A DNA stretch of 64,000 nucleotides from Anolis carolinensis (lineage: Eukaryota), in contig NC_085841.1 in NCBI RefSeq assembly GCF_035594765.1, forward strand, positions 236,178,689 to 236,242,688, in the 5' to 3' direction. A program made the translations under genes and the position numbers. Shown here one piece after another: positions 1 to 10,427 of the stretch (position 1 is the first letter of the stretch; every line of letters starts with the position of its first letter). Under the pieces are notes generated by a model. It ran no database searches. It saw only the letters and a program-made list of their open reading frames with translations, and had not been told where the DNA came from.

Positions 1-1170
1 CATGGTTGACCAGAGGGTCACTATCCAGGCGTCTCAGCAATTGCCAGGCTTTTTGGCTACTCTTGGACATGTCCAGGTTCTCAAGCAGCTTTATCCAACG
101 GTCTTTCTTAGCATTAGCTAAGGCTGTAGATAGTTTTTGGCCTGCTGCTATAGTCCCATCACTGTATGGATTCTCTTGAAATAATCTGAGATATTCTTGT
201 AGCTGATTTAGTGATTCTTCGTTTAGGCCTTGTAGGTAGCTTGTGCGACAGCCTCTAGGGATTGAGAGCCTTGAGGATCTTTTCACAGCTTCTACAAACA
301 GGTCATAATTTTCTATAGAAGGTTCTATATCAGAAATAGCCGCTTCCAAGGTCTCTGTAAACTTTGTCCAGTTAGCTTTTTTGAAGTTATATCTTCTGCG
401 GAATGGGACACTTTTTGGTCTTACAGCTGCATATGCTACGCAGCATATTGGTCGGTGTTGTGTGTTAGGTATTGGGTTTAATACCCTTTTGGTGCATTGG
501 TGGCTTATGCTTTCCTTTACAAAAATCAGATCAGGGTTATAACCACGCTTCCATCGGCCGCTATTAAATGATGGTGGTAATTTACTGTCATGAAGGAGGC
601 TCATTCTACTATTGTCGGCCCACGTTAGAACTGCTTCGCCATTTCTATCATCTTCATCATAGCCCCAGACACTATTGAAATCTCCCACAACAAACTGGGC
701 TTTATGATTGTGGCAATTGGTTGGGGGTGTAAAATAGAAATCAGCCCCAGGTGGTTTATAGAGTGATGATATGGTGCAACTATCAAGTTCCACAGATAAG
801 ATTTCAATGTTGTTCACTTCTGTGAGGGAAGTTGCAGAGATTGCTACACCAGATCGTACAAAAATGGCACTGCCATATTGTCTGTGAGGTCGTTCCACTG
901 CCAGTTGCATTCCAAGAATTTTTGGTCTTTTCATTGTGATGTCTCTGTGTGTTTCCTGTATACATAGGATGTCACACGAAATGTCCTCAGACATTTTGGC
1001 TAATAGTTCTTCCTTAGCAAGTGACAAACCTTCTATATCAATAGACATAATCGTTAGCAATGGTCTTGATAATGGTCTCTACACGGAAAGAGCCTCCCTG
1101 AAGATTGAGCAAATTCAGTCGGGCGTCCCCTGGGCAACGTTTCTTGTAAGCGGCCGATCTTTCCAAACCC
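1..1170 (-). mobile_element. Ingi/Vingi-like non-LTR retrotransposon, 5' part (APE endonuclease domain; continues off the left edge)
   Basis: Minus-strand frame from ATG 1048 to window start is stop-free: MSIDIEGLS...DILCIQETH...SLYKPP...VVGDFNS...GYNPDLIF...PIPNTQHRPI...FKKANW. These are APE-type endonuclease motifs with the Ingi/Vingi-like TQHRP ending. The 5' limit is approximate. Confidence 0.8.
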
Positions 1171-2713
1171 AAAAGCATTGGATGAATGGATGAATACCAA
1201 AGGTCTTCTTTTCACTACACTCCTTGCTATGAAGCCAGAGGCAGAATAGGGTTTCTTTAAGAAGATGTGATTTATAATCTGGATGATTTGTTCCTTTCTG
1301 TGCCACAATCCAGAACACATCACTACATTATAGCTATTAGCAGTGTCTGATGAATTATTTATTTGTTCCAGAACTAGAACAAGGTTTCTGTTTATGTAAG
1401 AGGCACATTTATTGATTTCACTAAACAGGACATCCTAGATTTGCCTAACAATTTTCAAAGGGGAATTCATGTTACTGTGTCGCAGCAAAAACAACAACCA
1501 AAAATTCAGGGACAGCATGAACTTTCATGGACTGAATGCATCCGAGGCTTTAGAACACAAAGTTCATGATATAATAAACTTGCTAAATGTTTAATGTGAA
1601 ACAGGGGTCTTCTTTCACTAATCAAAAATGCAAACCCTCCACAATAGCTGGGATTGGGAGCACAGGATCCCAGTGAAGGTGGGATCCCACTTCCCGCGGC
1701 TGTGCATGCGCTCAACTTTCCCCCACGCTCGTCCTGAATCGCTCTTCTGTTTTGCAAATGCTTGCAAGGAAGGTTATAGCGACCGTTTTTTGGGACAGGA
1801 AAGGTGTGCTTCTTGCAAAACCTTAGAAGAGCAATCCAGGACGAGCGTGGGGGAAAGTTGAGCGGATGCACATGCGCAGCTGCGGGAAGGGACGCCCGCC
1901 TGGTTGAGGATACAAGCCAAGCGGCAAAGTTTGGTGGGGAAGGACTTTCCAAACTCTTTTATCGCTATGAGAAGTGCCTAGATTTCAGTGGGGACTATGT
2001 TGAGAAGTGGTATTTGGGTCTGGCTTTCAACTGCACATGGTAAATGTTTTCTCCTATACTTTGTTCATTTTTAATTCCAAAACGTAATCTACTTCCTGGA
2101 TATCCCTCGTATGTTCATCCCAAATTTATTACAGTTCCTTTTCAATTAATCCTAAATTTATCAATTTCTTTTCTGCCCACAGTCCTAACAGAAAATAAAA
2201 ATCTCAATAGCTATCTTTTTGTGAGGATGGTCAGTCAAAATAGATCTAGCCTGCTAAAAGAAAGAATTCCCAAGAAATTGTTGTGTCACTCATGCATTAA
2301 AGGTAAAGAGGGGAATAGTTGTCAGATGGCACAATGGGATAATAATTTGACAAGATAGTCATTTCGCCTCTCCATCTCATCAAGTAAGCAAAGATTTCTT
2401 CCATGTTCCTTCTCTTCTTCCTGTCATAGTATATATGCGTGTTCGTTATTCTACTTTATTCTATAAGAGAAGATAGAGGAAACCCTAAGCTCTACCCTGT
2501 GTTAAGGTACAAGTGCTTCAAGGTAGATGATTGACTGATGGCTATCATTTTTCATCCTCTGCTTCACTAGTATCTAAAAATATGGCATCATGTCCCATCA
2601 TCTTGTTTCCTGATGGTTTTAATGGCTTGTAACTGCTGGAGTGACTTTCAGTTAAACATTTTTAGGACTGAGGAGGATAAAGAGAAGAGAGCATGTGCAA
2701 AAGAAACCACATA

Positions 2714-3036
2714 CAGTAGAGTCTCACTTATCCAAGCTAAACGGGCCGGTAGAAGCTTGGATAAGCGAATATGTTGGATAATAAGGAGGGATTAAGGAAA
2801 AGCCAATTAAACATCAAATTAGGTTATGATTTTACAAATTAAGCACCAAAACTTCATGTTATACAACAAATTTGACAGAAAAAGTAGTTCAATACGCAGT
2901 AATGTTATGTTGTAATTACTGTATTTATGAATTTAGCACCAAAATATCACGATATATTGAAAACATTGACTACAAAAATGGCTTGGATTATCCAGAGGCT
3001 TGGATAAGCGAGGCTTGGATTAGTGAGACTCTACTG
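2714..3036. mobile_element. Tc1/mariner-type MITE (family A, ~320 bp)
   Basis: TIR CAGTAGAGTCTCACTTATCCAA at both ends, TA on both flanks; about 10 copies in window. Confidence 0.9.
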
Positions 3037-3082
3037 TAGTTATATTACATGGCTCGAGTGTGTGTGTTTCTACTCTTGTCCC

Positions 3083-4111
3083 CAGGGGCGGTCCAACCGC
3101 GAGGTGATTTAGGCCCTTGCCTGCGGCGCTGCCATGCCATCGTCCTGGGAGCGCAGTGAGGCCCCCGGGAGGATGGTGCCACCCCCCGCCTCCTTCTCCT
3201 TCGGGCCTTCCTTCAGCCTGCACCCACTTGGGCCTTCCGGCGCTCACCTGGGCCTTCAGGCGGCCACGCTGGGCCTTCCAGCCCGTGCTGGGCCTTCCGG
3301 CTGGTGCGGGCCCACCTTCGCGCTGTGCGGGCCCGCCTTCGGGGCCTTCAGAGGTTGTGAGGTCTGTTGGAACTTAGAAGCTAGGTAAGTGCGGTTTATT
3401 TATCTGTGGAAAGTCCAGGGTGGGAGAAAGAGCTCTTGTCTGTTTGAGGCTAGTGTGAATATTGCAATTGGCCAGCTTGATTAGTATTTAATCGCCTTGC
3501 AGATTCAAAGCCTGGCTGCTTCCTCCCTGGGGGCATCCTTGGTTGGGAGGTGTTAGCTGGCCCTGATTGTTTCCTTTCTGGATTTCCCCTGTTTTCAGAG
3601 TATTGTTCTTTATTTATTGTCCTGATTTTGGAGGGTTTTTTTTTTAATACCGGGGGCCAGCTTCCCTTTCGGTGGCCTTTTAATTATCTGCCTTGATATT
3701 CTGGGTTATATGGCTGTATGGAAGGATCCTTAGGGCTCTTCCACACAGCCATATAACACAGAATATCAAGGCAGAATAACCCATGATATCTGCTTTGAAC
3801 TGGGTTATCTAAATCCACATTGCCCTATATCCCTTTTCAATGTTTGGTGCTAAATTTACAAATATAGTAATTCCTACATACCATTATCATGTATTGAACT
3901 GCTTTTTCTGTTGATTTGTTGTAAAACATGATGTTTTGGTGCTTAATTTGTAAAACCATAATGTAATTTGATGTTTAATAGGCTTTCCCTTAATCCCTCC
4001 TTATTATCCAACATTTTCGCTTATCCAATGCTTTTATTTTTCAGTGATTGGTTTGGGGGGGGGGGCAAATTCTGTTCGCCTACACTTGAAAATTACCTAG
4101 GGACGGCCCTG
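3083..4111. mobile_element. Composite non-autonomous hAT element carrying fragments of other TEs
   Basis: TIRs CAGGGGCGGTCC / GGACGGCCCTG, 8-bp TSD CTTGTCCC/CTTGTCCT. Interior has a Penelope 3' fragment (~3345-3660), a palindromic MITE fragment (~3680-3840) and a family-A MITE fragment (~3843-4030). Confidence 0.75.
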
Positions 4112-5019
4112 CTTGTCCTCCACCACTTACTCCATCTATACCTCCAGGAGTCACAGGGACATATGTCTAAATGATACACAGTATATGAGGCCTTTGAATA
4201 GCCTAGCATGGTACAGGATTTTCTCCTGTTACTCTATTTGTGTGTTCTCTGGGTTGGTGATCACCCAGGGTTAATCTAGCTATCTTCATTGGACTTCTGA
4301 TGTGATCTGCACCTTGCCTGTGTGTCATATGACCTTATCCCATACTAATTTCCTCCTGTTTTCTTACCATCTTTGTACGCTGGCAAAATGGAATCCCAGA
4401 GACATCTCATGACGCACAACCACTTCTGGTGGCTGTGTGTGGATATTTGTCTTGCCAGCATGAGAAGATGGTCAGAAGACTTCATTTTCAGGAGTCAGGT
4501 GTTCCCCAACTCCTGGTTGAGGACAGCGGTGGAAAGTGGAGGAAAGCCTGAAGAAGATGGGGAAACATCATGGGATGGCTGTCCATCCCAGAAGATGGAC
4601 CTTGCCAGGGTAGGTCAGGTCCCCACTTTCCCCTCTTTCTTCCCATTCCCTCCTGCCCATGGGATAAAGTCCTTCCAAGTGTGCATCCACATTGTAGTTT
4701 AATACTGTTTTTACTACCGTGGTTCAATGATATGGGATCCTGGAATTTGTAGGTTGGTGAAGCACCAGCACTCTTTGGCAAGAGAGATTCCAAACCTTGT
4801 AAAACAAGTCTTAAGATTCCATAGCATTGAGCCATGGCAGTTAAAATGTTGAACAGCAATCATTTTATAGTGTGGATGAACCCATAGCCACAAAATTAGT
4901 TATGATGGCTTGCAACAAAGTTAAGAAAGACATTGCCATACACAGAAATCTTGATGCATTGGTAAGGGGATCTGGGATTTGGGTAGAGAGCTGGTGGATG
5001 TAAACAACTGCTCACTCAC

Positions 5020-5079
5020 CTCGGAAAAGCTGACTGCCACTGTGGTAGCCAGGAATATGAGGATCATCCAGGTCTTCAT
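5020..5079 (-). CDS. SERPING1: Signal-peptide coding exon of a secreted protein, probably C1 inhibitor (MKTWMILIFLATTVAVSFSE)
   Basis: Acceptor tttggcag| (exon starts 5092), Kozak gcaaccATG at 5079, hydrophobic signal peptide, strong phase-0 donor GAG|gtgagt. Head-to-head with UBE2L6, as SERPING1 is in mammals. The symbol rests on synteny and exon architecture only; no serpin-domain exon was recognised in the window. Confidence 0.55.
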
Positions 5080-5287
5080 GGTTGCAAAGAGCCTGCCAAA
5101 CAAATGCACATGGGTAGAATTCTGTAGTAGATGAAGGCTCGTTTTTCACCTTCCTTCCCAACAAGTTGCTTAAGTGGGTCTTCACTGGGAAGGATTTGGC
5201 AGAATATCCACTCCACTAAATCCCCACCCCTCTCAAGCAGCTGTTTGCCTTTTTTCTCTGACTGTTTGCAGGCTCAGCTCTCCCATT

Positions 5288-5378
5288 TTTCGCAATCTCC
5301 GATCACATGCCCAAGGAAAACATTAGTTTCACTTTCTTCAGGGGGAATTCCATTTCTCCAGTTCTTTATTTCCTGAAA
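5288..5378. promoter_or_regulatory. Inflammation-responsive motif cluster (C/EBP, ISRE/IRF, NF-kB, STAT-like) in putative intron 1
   Basis: TTTCGCAAT 5288-5296; AGTTTCACTTTC 5325-5336; GGGGAATTCC 5342-5351; TTCCTGAAA 5370-5378. Confidence 0.6.
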
Positions 5379-5481
5379 GGAAATCATTAGAAGATGTGGT
5401 AAAATAACAATATCTGTCAAATGAGGCAAAAGAAGAGGAGGAATCTCAGAGAAAATAATAATATAAGATCCAAGCCATTAC

Positions 5482-5680
5482 CTGGTCGATTTCTCTCTCT
5501 GTGTGAAGTCCTTCAGACAATAAAACCAAACTATTGTGACATGCCTTATCTAGAGCTCCCTTCAAATAATGTATCATGCAAGAGGGAAACAGGAGTAGGC
5601 TTAGCTGGCTGAAAGCAGCAGTCAGTTAAAAATTAAATATGATTGATTCCTCATGCGCGGAGAATTCCCGTAAATCATGA
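5482..5680 (-). promoter_or_regulatory. Putative non-coding first exon and promoter with GAS element and HNF1-like site
   Basis: Minus-strand donor CCAG|gtaatg (exon end 5482); TTCCCGTAA at 5665-5673; GTTAAAAATTAAA at 5625-5637. TSS not determinable. Confidence 0.45.
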
Positions 5681-6289
5681 GCTGGAAATGGGCATCGGAA
5701 ATGCACTGGTGAAATAGTTACCAGTAAGAAAGCCAATATTGGTAAATAAAGCCTCTAATCGACACTTTCTGATGAAAACCTAAAAGCCACTGCACATGTT
5801 ACAGATCTTTGATGTCAAAATAAACTTTGTTGTTTGAAATAGCAATAAGATCGAGGCCCCATCTACATGGCCATATAATGCAGTTTGAAACTGTTCTATG
5901 GTCAGTGTAGACCCATATAATGCAGTTCAAATGCCATTACGTACACTGCCATTCAATGAAGTTTCAAACTGCATTATATGGCAGTGAATATAGGGGTCAT
6001 AGATATAAAGTTTTTGTATATTTTGTTGTGTTTATACACAGGCTATGCTTTCAACAATGTTTACATTTAGTCTGTGAAACAGCATATTAGGATTTCACAA
6101 AAATATTTCAAAATTAACATCATAAACAATTAAGACATTAAAACATACCAAAATCCCATAGCAAAGAAACAAAAACCTACAACCAACAAAAAACAGACAG
6201 TATTTTAAATAATTCTAAATTTTACTGGAATAAAAAGGTGCTTAGAGACTGCCTACAGGTCAATGGGGAGAAGGGGTTATGGATGAATG

Positions 6290-6488
6290 GAATTATGCAC
6301 TTTATATGGTTTTAATCTGTATTGTTCTTTGTTTTATTTGTATAATAGTGTTAATCAATTTTAATTGATGGGATGTGTTTATAATTATTTTTTAAGTGGC
6401 ATTGAATCTTGCCGGAGTTGTAAGCCATCTTGAGTCCCCCATGGGATGAGAAAGGCAGGGTATAAATGAAGTAAATAAATAAATAAAT
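6290..6488 (+). mobile_element. L2-type LINE 3' end fragment
   Basis: 3' motif TGTAAGCCATCTTGAGTCCCC...GAGAAAGGCAGGGTATAAAT followed by (TAAA)n, resembling the tail of the L2 at 41470-41759. Confidence 0.65.
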
Positions 6489-6725
6489 CTGCACTAGAGG
6501 TTTGTCAATCCTTTTGTAATTCAAACTCTTGGAGAACCCTGGAATGGGTTCCTATCTTAGCTCAGAACACAGTGCTATAAATTTTAATTTCTTTGTAGGC
6601 AGAGAATTGTCAAAAATATTTCACAACAGGAAACATTTTTTTAAATGGATGAGACTCGTGAAAAGGAAGCTGAAAGGAGAAGTTAAGAAGTCAAATCTTT
6701 CCAAAAGACGTGCTCAAATCTACTA

Positions 6726-7390
6726 CAGTGATATGTTGAGTTAGTAGTTTAATTCGTTCCATGACCGAGCTCTTAATTTAAATGTTCTTATCTTAATGTG
6801 ACCCCCCCCCCCCCATTGAAATGCTATTAATCCATTCTGGCCCACTGACCTCCCTCCCCCCTATTTTTTTGTTATGTGTTTTTAAATAAGAAAATGTACT
6901 TTATAAATAACAATTAATGTATACATGCGCATTCACATGGAACAATAAAAAAGAAAGATCAACTTTAAAATGGCAGAAGCACACTTTGTGACACGGTGGT
7001 AGAAGCACAATGCTGTGGCAAGGAAGCAGAAAGCACAAAGTGAAGATCAGAAGCATTGTTTTCTTCATACTGTATTCATTCCAGCTTCCCTCTCTCTCTT
7101 CATGAAGCCAAACATACCAGGAATAAAAACCACACAAAATCAACTAACCCAAAGTTTCTCAAAGTGGACAGCAATCTCCCAAAGTGGACAAGAGCACGAG
7201 GCATGGAGGCATGAGGTACGGAGGCTGTTCCCTTGAAGCCCTAAAGCCCTGTACTCTCACGCTAGCGCTTCCTCTGGTGCTAGCTCTTAACTCAGAATGC
7301 GGCTCTTATGTCAAAGTGAAACCAGTCAAGTGACAGCTCTTAACTCAAAACACTCTTAAGTTGGGATGCTCTTAAGTAAAGATTGCACTG
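6726..7390. mobile_element. pogo/Tigger-like non-autonomous DNA transposon
   Basis: TA|CAGTG ... CACTG|TA ends; repeated subterminal GCTCTTAA motifs near both ends. Confidence 0.55.
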
Positions 7391-7613
7391 TATAATATGA
7401 GCTCAGCTACAATGTACAGCATAACGTGTCAGAAATAAGATTTTCTATAAAAACTGAAAGTGCTGTCCAGAGGAAGAAAAAAAAGAAAATAGACTTGCAG
7501 AAAACAAATGCAAATAGACAGTGCAATAAACAATGAATTAATAAAGCTTTTAATTAGCATCTTACCTATAGCATTAAGACCAATAATATAACATTATTTA
7601 AATGTTTTAAATA

Positions 7614-8260
7614 CAGTAGAGTCTCACTTACCCAAGCTAAACGGGCCGGCAGAACCTTGGATAAGCAAATATCTTGGATAATAAGGAGGGATTAAGGAAA
7701 AGCCTATTAAACATCAAATTAGGTTATGATTTTACAAATTAGGCACCAAAACATCATGATATACAACAAATTTGACAGAAAAAGTAGTTCAATACACAGG
7801 AATGTTTTGTTGTAATTACTGTATTTACGAATTTAGCACCAAAATATCACGATAGACTAGAGTCTCACTTATCCAACGTCAATGGGCCGGCAGAACCTTG
7901 GATAAGCGAATATGTTGGGTAATAAGGAGAGATTAAGGAAAAACCTATCAAACATCAAATTAGATTATGATTTTACAAATTAAGCACCAAAACATCATGT
8001 TATACAACAAATTTGACAGAAAAAGTAGTTCAATACACAGTAATGCTATGTAGTAATTACTATATTTACAAATTTAGCACCAAATATCACGATGTATTGA
8101 AAACATTGACTACAAAAATGCATTGGATAATCCAGAACGTTGGATAAGCGAGGCTTGGATAAGTGAGACTCTACTGTATATTGAAAACATTGACCACAAA
8201 AATGGCTTGGATAATCCAGAAACTTGGATAAGCGAGGCTTGGATAAGTGAGACTCTATTG
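7614..8260. mobile_element. Two nested family-A Tc1/mariner MITEs (inner copy 7855-8176)
   Basis: Outer copy is split at CACGATA|TATTGAAAAC by a full inner copy flanked by TA. Confidence 0.9.
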
Positions 8261-8368
8261 TACTATTATTAAAATGTAAGTGAATTTGTATTACAGAAGG
8301 AATAAGACAGGATTATAATTATGTTAAACTATGTTAAATTACCCATACTAATATTCTAATGAACAAAA

Positions 8369-8643
8369 GATAAATGTTTTCCCCTGGCATTAAGTCTAGT
8401 CGGCGTTGTCCGTAGACACCTTCAAGGTCATGTGGCCAGCATGACTGCATAGAGCGCCATTACCTTCGCACTGCAGCAGTACCTATTGATCTACTCACAT
8501 TTGCATGTTTTTGAATTGCTAGGTTGGCAGAAGCTAGGGCTAGCAACGAGGAGCTCACCCCACTCCCCAGATTCAAATAGCCAACTTTTCAGTCAGCAAG
8601 TTCAGCAGCTCAGTGGTTCAACCCACTGCACCATTTGGGCTCC
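8369..8643 (-). mobile_element. Sauria SINE (internally deleted)
   Basis: Reverse complement matches the copy at 22825-23156 (GGAGCCC..GGTG..CAGTGGGTT head; AACCTAGCA..TCGAAAACATGCAAATGTGAGTAGATCAATAGGTAC body). Confidence 0.85.
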
Positions 8644-9406
8644 CTTTCCTTTAATAGCAAACTGTAAAAGTGCAATCCTAATGTTGTCACACTTGGCACC
8701 CCCACCCCTGTGATTTCTAGTTTCCTCAAGGGCAAGAGGACATTAATATGATGTTTATATATTTTTTTCACCTTTGCCGCTATATTGCTGTTTTGAACTA
8801 GAAGAATGCCGGTAGCCAACTCACAGCATCTCCTGTCCTTCCTTGGATATTTTTTTAACCCTTTCTTAAATCGCTCCTGACACTAAAAAAAAGAGACTCC
8901 AGACACTTGATAATCATAATCCCATCTTTATCACCCAAAACTGGTCACAGGAACTTCCTGGGGTCGTTCCCTCCCAGATTATGGCAGATGAGGCTGTCAG
9001 AAACCAACCATGGCCACCCCCTGGCAGCTGATAAGGAATCCCCTCCTGGAACCAGTGATATCAGCGGAGCCCAGCCACTCAGAGAGTGGGCCCAGGCTGG
9101 TCACTTCTCTAAGCCAATCCGGAGAAGGAGCAGGGAGCATGAATGGAAACTGACTTGCTTTAAAATGCATGCTGCAGAAGATGACAGATTGGCAATTATT
9201 TAAAACTTACTTGCAGAGAGAAAAAAGGACTTTGGTTATATAACTAACATGAAAAGGATGCACTTATGGTAAACAAAAGGAGACAAGGAGGAAAGATAGT
9301 GTTAAAGGACACAAATAATAGAAAACTGGCGAAGAAGAGTGGAAGTTCAAAAATCATTTTTTTCTTTTCTATTTTTCTATTTCTCATTTATTTTTAAGCT
9401 TATCTA

Positions 9407-9831
9407 CCGTGTTTCCCCGAAAATAAGACAGTGTCTTACATTAATTTTTGCTCCCAAAGATGCATTAGGTCTTATTTTCAGGGGATGTCTTATTTTTCCA
9501 TGAAGAAGAATTCACATTTATTGTTGAACAAAATAATAATAATGAAAATTTACTATATACTGTACAGTAGTTGTCATCACAAACTAGCATAACCAGACAA
9601 ACTGTGAATCCTATCACGAATTTCTTGTTACTACCATTATTTCCATGTACAACACTCTATGGTACGTACATTTACTGATCCTGCATATTCTGGTGTTCTG
9701 TTTGGCAGGCATGCTTCCAAACAAAAACTTTGCTAGGTCTTACTTTCAGGGGAGGCCTTATATTTAGCAATTCAGTAAAACCTCCACTAGGTCTTATTTT
9801 CTGGGGATGTCTTATTTTAGGGGAAACAGGG
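9407..9831. mobile_element. Tc1/mariner-pogo MITE (family B, ~420 bp)
   Basis: TIR CCGTGTTTCCCCGAAAATAAGACA / TGTCTTATTTTAGGGGAAACAGGG, TA flanks; second copy at 26153-26570. Confidence 0.85.
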
Positions 9832-10427
9832 TATACAAAATCTTATCTTAAGTAAAATTACTTAAAATGCATGCTGCTTGTATTCATGTTTATGCTTGTA
9901 TGTGTTGGTATCAACTGTACATACATCTTTTCTGACTGGATTGAATAAACCTCTGTTGTTTGTCCTCACCTGTTGAGTATGCTCTCTGACTGAAACTTCA
10001 GGCTATTAGCATAATGCTTGCCAGGAACGGATCCTCTTATCTGCGGTCCACAGCTCTAACCTTACCTAATGTATGCTGATTATACTGTACTATTATCAAG
10101 AAATAAGGTCTAAATACCCCAAGGGTTCGAGATATTGTGTGATCTTGGAAGATAAGCAGCATCAGCCCTCTTTTTTATTTTTAATTGGATATGTATGTAA
10201 CATATTACAATTCACAATCACATCACTGAAAAGTCAGAAGAAATAAACAGACAGTGGTTTTCCATTAAATTTTCACACATTTTGGTATGTCCTATTTTCT
10301 TGACCTTTCTAATTCCATACATATCTACTACTTATAGCAATCAACCCTCGTGAGCATTTGAAGGGGAAGCTGCCAGTGAATACCAGATGCTGTATGCCAG
10401 ACATCACCAAGCTGTGACCATCTAGCT

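Noticed and set aside
1190-5019. Search for the next (mucin-like/serpin) exon of the putative SERPING1
   Set aside because: No convincing phase-0 acceptor with an open, serpin-like frame was found; it is presumed to lie outside the window.
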